Of a stretch of DNA of 64,000 nucleotides, positions 37,946 to 51,878 are shown in pieces. The notes under the pieces are model-generated. The model searched no databases, had not been told where the DNA came from, and saw only the letters and a list, made by a program, of their open reading frames with translations. The stretch spans positions 324,074,001-324,138,000 of the forward strand of contig OZ024743.1 of the NCBI GenBank assembly GCA_964016885.1, in the 5' to 3' direction. The translations under genes were made by a program, and so were the position numbers. The stretch is from Eledone cirrhosa. Its lineage: Eukaryota. Position 1 is the first letter of the stretch; each line of letters starts with the position of its first letter.

Positions 37946-39281
37946 GAAGGTGAAACTAGTGTTGGGTTTATAATGTAAATTAATCATTCCTTACCATAAT
38001 TCTAATGCATGCAACTTTGTTATGTTCATAACACCACTTTCATATTAAGAAAGTGATTATTTTCACTTTCTCAATATTAAGTTAGTGTTAGGAACATAAA
38101 GTTTCTTACATAAAATTATGATGGAATGTTTTTAGATAAATATAAATATATTCTAAAGAAAGACATTGCCTATGGTTTTTCAAATAATTTTGAAAATAAC
38201 CAAGATTTTGGTGTGATTTAATAATCTAAGTAACTTTCTTGTTATTAATTTGGTGTTTGGAACATAAGAAAGGTTCTTAGATAAAATTATTAAAGAACGT
38301 TTTTAGATAAATACTAACAGTTTAATCACGATGGTGATGGTGATAGCAAGAGTGGTGGTAGTGGTTGTGGTGATAATAGTAGTGATGGTAGTCGTATTGG
38401 TGGCAGTGATAGTGGTAATGATTGGAGTGGTGGTGATGATGGTAATGATGGTAGTGGTGTGGGAGACTGTGGCTTTAAAATAAGTAGAAGTGACAGTATT
38501 TAAGTGTTGGTACATCTTAAAAGCATATTGTGAAGATATAAGACAGGAAAGCATTGGACCAAAACGGGTGGGTATGGGTGTTCTAGAAAGACTATAGATA
38601 AGATATAGTCAAGTGTTGGTTTGATAGAGTGACTGGAAATAGAGAGGGAGGAGATAGAAAGGGAGGAGATAGAAAGGGAGAGAGTGAGTGAGTGGAAGAA
38701 ACAGGTAGAGAAGGGTAAGAGAAGAAAGAGAGAAGTTGTGTGGCAAAGAGGAAGAGAAGGTAGAGAGGGTGGGAAAGAGAAAGTAGATAGAGAGGAAGAG
38801 AAGGAAGAAAAGGTAGTGATAGATAGGTAGAGGGAGGGAGATAGGTAAGAGAGAGAGGAGATAAAAAAGAAAGGATGACAGAGATTAGATAGAGAAGAGA
38901 AAGAGAAGATAGGATATATATATGTAGACACAGAGCGAGAAAGAGAGAGAGAGATAATTCCTGCTATCCAAAACTAGTGTCTTTTGGTATATGTGACCAA
39001 ATTAATGAGAATTCCTTGTAGTCAGCATGTTTGAAAGAGGAAATAGTTGTCTTTGGTAGCAAGATTCCATCTCTATGCAGGAATGTCAGAATCTATGGCT
39101 TCTTAAAACAATCTACCAATTAATTTTGGTTATGCTTTTGTAGCATCATTTCTGTTGTCTGTGTTCTGTTCTTCACTGTTCTCTATATTAACCTAAATAT
39201 CAACTTGCTTTCTTTTATAAAGAGTGACTAATTTAACATTTGTTGCCTCCCACCTCCAATTTATAAATAAATACATAGACT

Positions 39282-40135
39282 TTAACCCCTTTATTACCTA
39301 CTATATCTTAATGAAAGACACTGTCTATGATTTTCAAGTAACTTTGAAAATAAAGAATTTTCTCATTAAGTTGGTGTTAAGAACATAGCAGGTTTGGGAT
39401 AAAAATTATGATAGAAGGTTTTTAGATAAACACTTTAACCTGTTTATTTTACCATATTTCTTATGAAAGACATTTATTTTCAAATAATTTTGAAAATAGT
39501 CAAGAATTTCGAAGACTTTAGTAATATAACTAACTTTCTCATTATTAAGCTGGTGTTTAGAACAATTTTTTATGATGAAATGATTTTAGATAAATATAAA
39601 AACTTTAATCATTTCATTACCATATTTCTAATGGAAGACACTAATGAATGGTTTTAAAATCATTTTGAAATTTATCAAGAATTTTGTAAGATTTTGTAAG
39701 ATTTAGTAAAATAACCTTTTGTTCTTAAGCTGATACTTGGAACACAATTTAAATTTTCTTACATAAAATTGTGATGGAAGTTTTAAATTTAAATATTGAC
39801 ACTTTAAACAAAAGGATTTGTATCTAAACAAAAGGCTTTGTATCATAGAACCAGAAGATATGATATTGAAGAGTTAACCCAAATATTAGAAGAGTTTTAA
39901 CCTAACAGTGAGTTGCTTTCCCCAATTTAACCCTCTCAATATATTTCTAATAAAGACAAAGTTTATGTTTTTCAAATAATTTTTTAAATAATCAAGAATT
40001 TGGTGTAATTAATTTTTGATGTAATTAATTTTTCTCTTTGTAACTATATTTCTAATGAATAATACAGCCAAAAAACTTTCAAATAATTTCGAAAATATCA
40101 AGAATTTGGAATGATTTAGAAATATAACTAACTCC
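39282..40135. repeat. Tandemised TTAACCC-terminated MITE-like units
   Basis: Five to six head-to-tail copies of TTAACC..TT.ATTACCATATTTCTAATGAAAGACACTG...TTTCAAATAATTTTGAAAATAATCAAGAATTT. Confidence 0.7.
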
Positions 40136-40139
40136 ATTA

Positions 40140-40324
40140 TTGGATTGGCAGTATCGGTAGAGGGTCGGACGCCATGCTTTCTAGCATAGTTACGTCCCTT
40201 TACAGTCTGAGTTCAAATCCCGCCGCGGTTAACTTTGCCTTTCATCCTTACGGGGTCGATAAAATAAAGTACCAGTAATGTTCTGGGTAATTGCTGGCCT
40301 TGTGCCTAAAGTAGAAACAATTAT
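40140..40324 (+). mobile_element. SINE type A, full length, inserted in a MITE-like unit
   Basis: TGGCAGTATCGGTAGAG A-box, GAGTTCAAATCC B-box, conserved body, and AGAAACAATTATT tail. Confidence 0.9.
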
Positions 40325-41707
40325 TAAGCTAGTATTTGGAAAATAACCTAACAAAATTTGCCCTTTTCCTCATTTAACATCCATTTTCCTTATTAGTAAG
40401 GGTTGGACAGGTCTACACAGACTGAGTCAGTACTTAAATAGAGCTACAGTCCTCACAGATAGGTTGGGGGCCTGCATCTTGCTTGCATACAATCCCATGC
40501 TCTACCAAGTGCATTTTATTTTGACACCAGCACTAGGAAGATTGTCACATCTATGACAAAGCTGAAGGGTTTTGCTGACCTTTTGTTTGGCATGTTTACT
40601 ATGGCAGGATGTCCTTCCGGTCATCAACCACTTTAAAGCATGTTCTCTGTGTGTTTATCATATAGATCAACACTAGAGAGGTTGCTGTATTATCCACACA
40701 ATCGACTCTTTTTGGCATGTTTTTAACAGCAAGGTGTTCTTCCTATCACCAACCATCTTACAGGGGATACTGAGTGCATTTTCATGGCACCAGCACTAGA
40801 GAGATTGTTGGTTATTATCCCAACTGAAGAGCTTTCTCTGTTCAGCAGAGGGGTTGGGGGTGTTACATTAAATTCCAATAGAGAATTTTTAGATAAAAAT
40901 AAACACTTTAAAAGACAGTTTTAAAAATAGAGGGGCAGTTCAGTATGAAAAGTTATGTCAAATACATTGAACTGATAACCTTAAACATCAATAGATAAGC
41001 AAACAGTTTGAAGTTAAAAATATTCTAGTGTTTGTTGCAATCTCTGTCTAACTTAGATCTTCCTCTGATTCCACTTTCTATTGGTGTTGTCTACAAATCT
41101 AAAATTATCCATTTTCTTGCTAATAAAGATAAAAATAACAACAACAATAACAATAACAAATAAAGTGGACCTGCTCCCCCATCCTCTCAAAGCTTGTGTC
41201 ATGAAGATTAATGTCAAAGCAAGACACAGAAGACAATGTTGCCTGTGACTCAACTGTGATGTAAACATGAAAACAACAAACAACATTACCAATTGAATGA
41301 ATGAATGTGGAATAAAAAGTAAGAGAGAACCAAAGAACTGATCTTCTATATTGTAAACATGATTTGTGTTACAGCAGCAGCAGTAGTAGTAGAAGAAGAA
41401 TTGACAAACAAATGAATAGAAGGAAATAAGGTAACTTTTTGTTATAGAAATTTCCATTCTTTATAGATATATATTTGTGAGTGTATGTATATATTATACA
41501 TAAATACACACACACACATATATATATAAATTTAATATACAAATGGATAAGATGTTATTAATTAAGACTAGCAAGATCACTATTTAAATTTAGTATTCCA
41601 TACTTAATGAAAGCAGAGTGTAGTTATTAGAGGATAGAAAGCCCTACAGTTAAGCTTAAACTGGTTTAAGCTTGACCATACTGCTTTCTATCCTAGAATA
41701 ACACACA

Positions 41708-41755
<48 letters not shown>

Positions 41756-43329
41756 AGTGGGAAAAGTAAATAAGATAAAATAAAAATTTACCAATTTGTC
41801 CAAACTGCAGTTTGCCAGCTTAGAAAAACAAATGTTAAATGATGATGATATATAAAGTTAAATTTTGCATTATCAACTCATAAGATTATGACAAAGACAA
41901 ATGTTTACTGGTGAGAAGATTCAAGATGGCAGTAAAATCAAATGTATTGTTTGGTTAGGTCATAAGTCACTTGACTAGGTGATACACTGTGTCCTTGAGA
42001 AAGACACTTCACATTGCTTCAGTTCACCCAACTGAAACAATGTATATCAGTAGCATCAGATGGAGTTGACCCTGTGATTGACTGTCATCCTGCCCAAGGA
42101 GGTGTCTTGTATTCTCAGTCACACAATGCCACATGAAACTGGGATAGGCTCCGTCTTTTGTATAACAAATGCAAGCATGGGCATATATATAAAATATTTA
42201 TCTATTTATCATTTTATTTATTAAATATTTTCTAGTAAAAGTCAAAGGAAGAAGTTTCATAGACACAAGTTGATAAATTAGTTAAGTAAGATTATGTGTA
42301 CAGTATATCTAACTTTTTTGAACCAGCTCTAATTCTATGAGACAAGCCTGTTTGGTTTAAAGTGTTTATATTTAAATTTAAATTTTCTGTAATAATTTCA
42401 TGTAAAAAAAATTGTTTCAAACACCAGCTTAATAATAAGAAAGTTTCTTAATTGAATCGCCCAAAATTCTTTATTATTTTCAAAATTATTTGAAAATCAT
42501 AGGCAGTGAAGTATGGCAACAAAAGGGTTAAAAGCCTTCCATCATAATTTTATGTAAGAACCTTTTTTAAGTTATGCTCCAAAAATTTGGATAAATCATG
42601 AAAAAGTTAATTATATTAATAAATCCCTCCAAACACTTGATTATTTTCTAAATTATTTGATCATAGGCAATAGAAATATGCTAATGAAAGGGTTAAAGTG
42701 TTTATATTTATCTAAAAATCTTTCATCCTAATTTTATGAAAGAACCTTTCTCAAGTTAAGTTCCAAACACCAGCTTAATAAAAAAGTTCCATGTGTGAAA
42801 CAGCTAACTAGCTGCTACAAGAAATATAAGTCAAAATAATTTGGGGAAAACACCCTCCATAATTAATTTCCCATTTACTGTGTTATCTCTTACCTTGCAG
42901 AATGTACAAGAAAGTCTAAAGTTAGAGTTGTGACTGACTGAAGCTTTAGTTTTAAATGTGTGTGTGTATCACCATCATCATCACTGTTAAGCGTCCATTT
43001 TTCCATGCTTGCATGGGTTAGACAGGTCATTATCGTTGGGAAACAAGTCTGATCAGAGTTGGCCACACCATACCTTACTCTGAGGAGGACTGTAAATTTG
43101 GCCATGGATTTTATAGCTGGATGCGCTTCCTAACATTAACCACATTTACAGTATGTGTATATATATATATATATCACAATACTCATAAACTATTATATAT
43201 ATAGTTGAAACTTGGTAAAAAATGAATCCTAAGTTGTCTGTACGAGTTGTGAGATACAATTAATTCATTACATCATGTGTATTTGTGTTATGTAATTGTA
43301 GTGAATTAATTCAATTGTGTGTATATATA

Positions 43330-43429
43330 CAGGGTGTTCCCCAAAATGTATACACACTTTGATTACCTGTACAGGCAATATTTATTAGAATGATGTTGAA
43401 GTGTGTATACATTTTTGGGGGACACCCTG
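43330..43429. mobile_element. Tc1/mariner-type MITE
   Basis: TA|CAGGGTGTTCCCCAAAATGTATACACACTT ... AAGTGTGTATACATTTTTGGGGGACACCCTG|TA, with ~30-bp TIRs and a TA target duplication. Confidence 0.9.
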
Positions 43430-43516
43430 TATATACATATATTCTAGAGTGGATAGGTACAAACTACATATGTTTTAATGAAAAGTTCTATAAGAATTAG
43501 TAGGTAAATAAAATGA

Positions 43517-43933
43517 CACTTCGTGTTAGTAACAGTAAGACCTACCACTTCCTGTTAGTAACAGTAAGACCTACCACTTCCTGTTAGTAGCAGTAAAGCC
43601 TTCCCACTTCCTGTTTGTAGCAGTAAAGACCTCTCACTTCCTATTGGTAGTAGTGAAGACCTCCATTTCCTGTTGGTAGCAGTAAAGACCACTTCCTGTT
43701 GATAACAGTAAAGACCTCCACTTCCTGTTGGTAGTAGTAAAGACCGCCACTTCCTGTTAGTAGCAGTAAAGACCGCCACTTCCTGTTAGTAGCAGTAAAG
43801 ACCTCCACTTCCTGTTAGTAGCAGTAAAGACCTCCACTTCCTGTTGGTAGCAGTAAAGACCTCCCACTTCCCATTGGTAGTAGTAAAGACCTCCCACTTC
43901 CTGTTGGTAACACTAAAGGTCTCTACTTCCTGT
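43517..43933. repeat. 29-bp minisatellite, ~14 copies
   Basis: Unit CCACTTCCTGTTAGTAGCAGTAAAGACCT. Confidence 0.92.
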
Positions 43934-44910
43934 AAGTAGATCTGATTCTGTGATTCTGTCCTTCGATATTTTTCTGAGAAATTATTGTAAAAATCAACAA
44001 GGTAATTAGCTAATACAAAAAGGCAGTGACTGAAGAGACGTAAAAAGTAAACTGTATGCCAATGAAAATGGAGATCTGGTTTCAATCCACACTGAGAACA
44101 ATTTTTCATTTATTTGTTGTTTGTTTGTTCGTTTTTCAAAAAAAAAAAAACAAAAAAAAAAACACTTCAGTAAGCCTTTGTGACCATATTTCTAATGAAA
44201 AACACTCCTTATAATTTTCAAATAATTTAGAAAATAACCAAGATTTTGATCAGGGTTGGTTTCAGGTGGTTTGGTATCAAAAGGGTTATGCTGGTGTTTG
44301 GAACTTAATAAGTGTTCTTACATTAAAATTATGATGGAAGGTTTTAAGATAAATATTTTGAAACAAACAGAATTTGAACTCAGAATGTAAAGTGCTGGAA
44401 AAAATACAGCAAGGTACCTTGTCTGACACTAACAATTTCACCAATCCACTGCCATGGGTTGGTAGTTTATTTTATCGACCTTCAAAGGATAAAAAGAAAA
44501 GTTGACCATAGAATAATTTGAATTCAGAGTGGAGGGATTTAGAACAAATAACATGAAATATTCTGTCCATAACCAGTCTAACACCTCTACTCACTTACTG
44601 GAATACACCTGTCTGGAAAGATCTACAAAAGTAACTGGTGCTAACTCTTCTTCCTCTGTTCCATTTTACCTAATTAATTTTCAAATATCTATGGCAACTA
44701 ATATTACTTGAAGAACTGGTATTGATGCCAATAACCAGATAGATTGAAATATGTGAAATTAAGTATTAATATGTCTAATCTATATAATATAGTAGAATAA
44801 AGTTTCCAACTAGCAGAACATTGGAAAACCTCTGGCTTTCTGCCAGCTAAATAAACCTGACTCAGTACTCCCTGTCCAGTGGCTGAGGAACAAACTGAAT
44901 TAACATAGGT

Positions 44911-45475
44911 TAGAGAGGATCTTTTGGTCTTGTTAAGGCCTTGTCAACCTCTCTTGTCCTTGAGCCATGAAAACACACACCCAATACACCATTTAAAATG
45001 ATTGACAATTGAATAGGCATATGATAGAGAGGATCTTCTGGTCCTGTTAAGGCCTTGTCAACCTCTTTTGTCCTTGAGCCATGAAAAAGCACACCCAATA
45101 CACCCTATAAAATGGTTGCCAATTAAATGGAGACAATATAAAATAGAGTGGACTTTTCCATCTAGCCAAGCACATAACAACCTCTCTAGAACTAGTGTCA
45201 TGATAAAATGCACCCAGAACATACTGTAAAATAGTGGCACTCCCATTGTACACTGTAAAGTGGTAGTACTGATACCACAATAAAACTCTTCCTATACACT
45301 CTTGAAGTGGTAGTGCTGGTGTCATGATAAAATGCCACAGAATCTATGCTAAAATATGAAATGTATGAGCAAGATGGATAACATATGGTTATCTGACCAT
45401 GTCATGTCTTGGACCATATCAAGCCATCCAACCCATGCCAGCTTGGAAAATGGACATAACATGATACTGATGGTG
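44911..45475 (+). mobile_element. Diverged modular RTE-type 3' UTR with a ~115-bp tandem duplication
   Basis: AGAGAGGATCTT.TGGTC.TGTTAAGGCCTTGTCAACCTCT occurs at 44912 and 45026; the segment ends CCAACCCATGCCAGCTTGGAAAATGGAC. Confidence 0.7.
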
Positions 45476-47569
45476 GTGATCATAGTTTACAACTAGCCAT
45501 AATTCCATCTGGGCAGATGTCACTGGTTATAGAAGTGTTCCCAAACCTATTTTGTTGTGAAACCCACACCTATATTTTATGGATAATCCTCACCACACAA
45601 ATACTAATGAAACATTAAATGAAACAAAAATTATTTTAAAGAGAGAATTTATCTATAAAAATGTAACATGATAAATTTTCGCAAACTTTTTGATTCCAAA
45701 CTGCTTAAAACTTCCCTTTGTCTTATGATAAAAAACTGTTTATTTAAAAATAAATATGGCTTTCAACTAGCAATAACTACTAATAACTACTAATTTATAT
45801 TAACATGGATCCCATACCAATCATGGATAATCACAACCATTATAATATTAATATGAAATTAACAACATTAACAATGTGGGTTTTTAAGACTATCTCCCCC
45901 ACCATAGGAAAAACAGATTGATGATAATGATGATAGAATAAATGTGAATGGAGAAGAAAACAAGGGCACACACAAGGGCTGTGATGAAAGAATTTTAACA
46001 AACCAGTTAATCAACTGATTAACAAAACTGAACATGTTATGCCACAATAATAAACCAATGCAAGCATGAAAAATAGATGTATGATGATGATGATGATGAT
46101 GGTAGTGCTGGTGATGATAATGACCACAACGATGATGATGATAATGATAGTAATAATGATGATGGTAGTGATGATGATAATAGTGAAGACAATGACCACA
46201 ACAATGATGATGATGATGATGATAGTAATGATGATGAATTTTACAAAACAAATAGAAAAACAAAACAATGATTGTCTTTCACTTTTAACGGAGGTTACTT
46301 ATTTTTAATCTACTTTAAGATCTTCAGACTGTTCATAACTAAAAACATTACATTAATATTCTATGGAACAACAGCACTCACTGTCATAGCGACCACCCAC
46401 ATTCATTATTTTCACTTCTGAGTGTGTTCTTTATTCCATAATTGTATGAATGGATGTGAAGAATCATAGCTTAGTGGATAGAGTGTTCAGTTCATCAACA
46501 AAGAGTCATGAGTTCAATTACTGGTGAGATATTGTGTCCTTAAGCAAAACATTTTATTTTATGTTACTCCAGAGCATACAGCTGGCAAAAAAGAGTTGTA
46601 CCTGTAATTTAAAGGGCCAACATTGTCACACACTATGTAAAACAGAATCTCCCTGAGAAATACATTAACAGTATATGTGTCTATGGTAGAGTGGTTAGAA
46701 TTTTTTTACTCATAATTGTAAGGTCATAAGTTAGATTCCCAGTCACATTGCTCCAGTCTACTCAGCAAGAATGAGTTGTACCAGTGATTCGAAGGGCAAG
46801 ACTTGTCATCCCCTATGTCATGCTGAATCTCCCTGAGAACTATGTTAAAGCTACACATATCTATAGAATGCTCAGATGATGGAGATGATGATGGTGGTGA
46901 TGATGATGATGGTGGTGACGATGATGGTGGTGGTGGTGATAATGATGATGGTGATGATGGTGATGATGATAATGAAGAAGGCCATCACAAAGCTTCAAGT
47001 GTAATGAGATGACTACACCCATGTATATCTCAAAAATAGGTCAGACCCCGCCTCCCTAAATTGATATTTGAGAGTCAGGGAAGATTGGATAATATTTGTG
47101 TTAAAGAAATGATGAAGATGGATGGAGAAGGAAATATAAGAAATAACTAAGAAGGTTATTTGCTTTGTTTTTATATCAATGTAGCTTTTATCTCTTGGTA
47201 TTAGAGCAGTGAACTAGCACAGTTGTTAGAATGTTGAATTAAATAACCTTGGTATTTGTTCCAACTCTCTACACTCCAAGTTCAAATCCCATTAAGGTCA
47301 ACTTTCCTTTTCACTTTTTTGAATTACAGATGCAGTCCACCCAAAGGCTTAACTCAATTTGAGGCTATGGTAAATGATACAAGGCCAAAATATTATGCAG
47401 TGGGATCAGGATCAATCCTGCGATCTTATGATTACAAAGGGAACTGTTTAACCACTGGGCAATACTGTGTCCACTTCACTAATGTACATTGTTTGTCGAT
47501 TACATTACACCTGTAATTTTACTACAACTTTACCTTGAATGTATGTCTATGGTGAGTTTGCTAGAGAAC

Positions 47570-47900
47570 AGCTAGTGGCCAGAAAAATGTGCTACAATGA
47601 TAGCCTGAAGACAACACTAAAAGACACAAGCATTGATATGAAATCCTGGCAAAGTCTGGCTCAGGGCATGCCACTATGGTGCACTCATAAAGGATCAAAA
47701 TCTTTGTAAAGTACAAACACCTAGGCAACTGAAAGCAAACATGAGCTTCACTCAGCTGGTACACCAAAGGAAGCCACAGAACACACGTGCCTCACATGTG
47801 GTCTGCTACTTCTACACCTGAATCAGACACAGCAGCAATCTTCTTCAAGATCTTCATCGAAATACTAAGCTGTGAGATGTATTATTTGCATGACAGCAGC
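47570..47900 (+). pseudogene. Decayed C-terminus of a third RTE-type family (terminal CxxC finger)
   Basis: Reads LKTTLKDTSIDMKSWQSLAQ...W and later HTCLTCG, resembling RTE C-termini. Confidence 0.55.
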
Positions 47901-50105
47901 AGCAAAATGGAATAGATTTATGGGCCATATGAAAGGCTTCATACTCATCATTAAATCCTTTTTGAAGCAATGTCTTCTGGTTAGATGATTTTTTCTTTTA
48001 CTTGCCTCTTATGATACAGAGGAATACAGTGTATCTACTGTGAATTAGTCATTAGTGCTGGTGCCATGATAAAATACACTCAGTTTACTCTGTAAGATGA
48101 TTGGTGTTAGGAAAGGGATCCTGCCATACAAAACCATGCCAAATATGGCATGTAGGAGGAAGATGAGGTCTCCCCAACTCATCCAGTCTTGGACCATGAC
48201 AACCTGTTCAACCCATACCAGCATGGAAGGAGAGCATAAAATGATGATAATGATGATGATACATCTACAGGCATAAAAAACCCAACAAATCAACCAAAAT
48301 GATGGTCTTCCTTGACTACCCTAAACAACAACTGCAGTGTAAGCAAACTACCAATGATCTGGCCAATGGATGATGGATAAATAACAACTATAGCTACTGT
48401 GTAAGCAGACAATATTTATATAACAGTCTCCCATAATGGGAAGCTGACCTAATGAAATATTTATTTTAGACACAATGGCTTGGAAAAATACTGTGGACAA
48501 AATAGGTGGAATGAAGGGCGGGGCTGGGATAGTGAAATATAAAGCAAGGATACATCATCAGTTTGTAAAGACTAAAAACATAATCTGGGAGAGGATGTGT
48601 GAGACAAGGGGTGAGGAAGAGAAATGGTGAAAGAGTTGTAAAGAGAAGGTGAGGGAAAGAGGGAGGGAAAGAGGGAGAGAATGAGAAAGTGAGATAGAGA
48701 AAGCGAGCAGGAGAGATGTATAGACATAGCCAACTAGACAGGATGCATGTTAGATAGACATACAATCATTTTTTTAGCTATCAGATTATCCCATTCTCTA
48801 TTTATCTACCTACCTATCTATCTATTTATCTTTCTATCTATCTATCTATCTACTTTATATAGATAAATAGATAAATAGGTACACATATAGGTACAGACAG
48901 ACTGACAGATCTATCATAGGCAAAGTCTTTCATTAGAAATATGGTAATGAAAGGGTTAAAGTGTTTATATTTATCTAAAAACTTTCCATTGTAATGTTAA
49001 ATTATGATCCAAACACTACCCTAAAAACGAGAAGGTTAGTTATATTACTAAATCTCTTCACATTCTGGATTATTTTCAAAATTATTTGAAAATCATAGGC
49101 AGTGTTTTATTAGAAATACAGATAAAGAAGGGGTTACATATGTTTGATGTGTACTGTGTTGTATTTTTCATGGTAGTGAGGGAGCAGTAAACTTAAGGAG
49201 TGCCTCAGGTACCACAAACTTCATCTACACCACTGAAATAAATGTTTTTTTTTTCTTCTCCATTACATTACTGTAATTTAAGTCAAGGAAACACAAGGCT
49301 AGGGTTACAAATGACCAAATTAATAAAATATCAGATAGCCAGGAAGGATAATAAACCTTTTATATTCTATTACCAACACCATTCTGTTTCTATGGCAATT
49401 CGTATTTGTTAGCTTTCTGTTCAACTGCAAGTCTTTAACCCTTTCATTACCATACTTCTAATGAAAGTCACTGCCTATTGTTTTCAAATTATTTTGAATG
49501 TAATCAAAAATTGAGAGGGATTTAGTAATATAACTAACTTTCTCATTATCAAATTGGTGTTTGGAACATAACATAACCATTTCGTTATAATTTTCAATTA
49601 ATAATCATGTATTTCAATGGATTTAAAGATAGTACCAACTTTCTCATTAATAAGTTAGTGTTTTGAATATAACTTAAGAAAGGTCCTTACATAAATCCCT
49701 TTCATTACTATATTCCCAATGAAAGACACTGCATATAATGTTATGCTTTAAACACCAACTTAATAATGAGAAAATGATTATTTTCAAAATTATTTAAAAA
49801 ACATAGGATGTGTCTTGAATTAGAAATATTGTAAGGAAATTACACTGTAGTTAATTTATACTATAACCTCAACACTAGTTTCAACTTCAATTATATATAT
49901 CATCACCATTTAACATCTTATTTTCCTTGCTTGCATGGGTTAGACGGACCATCCACATTATGAGGCAAGTCTGGTTAGTTGGATGCACCATACCTTGCTC
50001 AAATGGAACTGTATTTTGGCTGTTTTTTTACAGCTGGACGACGCCCTTTCTAACATCAACCACATTTACAGTGTGAGACTGGGTATGTGTATATATATAT
50101 ATATA

Positions 50106-50353
50106 TGCGCGGGGACATAAAAATAATCAGGCTGAATACCAGATCACGCGGTGAAACCACTGGGAGTGAAGGACCCCTAGCCTTTGTCAGAGCATTCTTC
50201 TAGGAGAAGGCAACTCAGGAAACTGGTATAACTCCGATATAAAACCTGTGGCTCAGTAGTTATTCATGATGTTGATCTTACCTTCTTTTCGGGTTACAGC
50301 TACTGTTGCTCAGTGCAGTCTTTCCTCACTTTAAAAAAATCTTCACGCACAGG
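50106..50353 (+). mobile_element. Probable RTE 5' UTR truncated by the assembly gap
   Basis: CTAGGAGAAGGCAACTC...TAAAACC motif resembles RTE 5' UTRs. The segment is richer in GC than its flanks and starts after (TA)n. Confidence 0.45.
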
Positions 50354-50553
50354 NNNNNNNNNNNNNNNNNNNNNNNNNNNNNNNNNNNNNNNNNNNNNNN
50401 NNNNNNNNNNNNNNNNNNNNNNNNNNNNNNNNNNNNNNNNNNNNNNNNNNNNNNNNNNNNNNNNNNNNNNNNNNNNNNNNNNNNNNNNNNNNNNNNNNNN
50501 NNNNNNNNNNNNNNNNNNNNNNNNNNNNNNNNNNNNNNNNNNNNNNNNNNNNN
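50354..50553. other. Scaffold gap (200 N)
   Basis: Run of exactly 200 N. Confidence 1.
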
Positions 50554-50629
50554 TTAACTCATTTCATCTCAGCAATATTACATTATTTGTCAAAAGCCAT
50601 TAACAAGTCCAAATTAACTCAACAGAATA

Positions 50630-50696
<67 letters not shown>

Positions 50697-50816
50697 TATA
50701 CATACATATATATATACATACATATACGCATACATACATATATATATATATGCATACATACATACACACACACATATATATATATACGTACATATACACA
50801 TATATAATATACATAC

Positions 50817-50849
<33 letters not shown>

Positions 50850-51217
50850 CACGTACATATACACATATATATATACACACATATATACATACATACATAT
50901 ACATACACACACGTTTTTTTTTTTGTTTCTGCATTTTTTTATATATTGTTTAATATATATTTGTTTTATTTTCCATTGTGCCACCCACCAGCTCACTTCA
51001 CCACCCAGCTCTCTTCACCACCCAGCTCTCTTCACCACCCAGCTATCCCTTTTAAGTAACTTAAAAATAACAGAAATAAATTCATAAGACTGAAAGAAAG
51101 AAAATTAAATCTATTTCATTTGCAGATATCGACATTACACTCTGCTGTAGATATAAACTATATATGTAATCATGTATGTAGTTGTATCTATTTCTGTATC
51201 TCTTTCATATATATATA

Positions 51218-51298
51218 CAGAGTGTCCCAAAATAATGTATATACATCCTTTGATTAGAAGCCTGGTGAAGTGTGAATACATTTTCTGGGGACACCCTG
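51218..51298. mobile_element. Diverged Tc1/mariner-type MITE (same family as 43330-43429)
   Basis: TA|CAGAGTGTCCCAAAATAATGTAT ... ATACATTTTCTGGGGACACCCTG. Confidence 0.8.
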
Positions 51299-51304
51299 TG
51301 TGTG

Positions 51305-51682
51305 TGATCATCACCGTTTACGTTTATGGGTTAGACGGGTTGTCCTGTTTGTAGGCAGTGTCTCGGTCGGTCGGCTGACCTTGTCTTGCTCATACGGGAA
51401 CTGATTCTGGCTTGATTTCTACAGCTGGATGCCCTTCCTAACACCAACCTCATTTACAGTGAGTGCTGGGTGCTTTTTTTCTGTGGCTCCTACACGTCCA
51501 CTTTACAGTGTGGGCTGGATGCTTTTTTTGCCGTGGCACCTCCACGACCACTTTGCAGTGGAGGGAGAGGGTATATTGTCTATATGCTTCAGCTTCGGCT
51601 TGTACCTGTGGGGAGTCAGGTCTTCTGTATAACTGCATGATGCCAAAGGTCACGGTCGTGTGTCATTGCCTTTTGAGAGGGT
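51305..51682 (-). mobile_element. RTE 3' end (subfamily of 25370-26277)
   Basis: Reverse complement of ~25895-26277; the 5' end abuts (TA)n. Confidence 0.88.
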
Positions 51683-51878
51683 GTATATATATATATATAT
51701 ATAAGAAACAGACTCAACCTTAATAAAATTATACCATGAACACATCATGCATATCATTATCACCATTTTACATCTATTTTCCATGCTTGCATTGGCTAGA
51801 CCCCTTATGAATATATATTTTTCCCGTTCCTTCCTCTTCTCACTCTTTTTCTTCCTATTTATCTTCTATTTATAACTA

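Noticed and set aside
40140-40230. Possible tRNA genes at SINE heads (also 58443 and 60511)
   Set aside because: A and B boxes are present, but there is no complete cloverleaf and each continues into a SINE body.
43517-43933. CRISPR-like appearance of the 29-bp repeats
   Set aside because: The units are contiguous without unique spacers, there are no cas genes, and the context is eukaryotic.
46066-46308. Poly-Asp/Met ORFs
   Set aside because: Expanded (GAT)n tail directly following an RTE terminal motif (CCAATGCAAGCATGAAAAATAGATG).
50306-50603. ORFs spanning X residues
   Set aside because: Artefacts of the 200-N gap.
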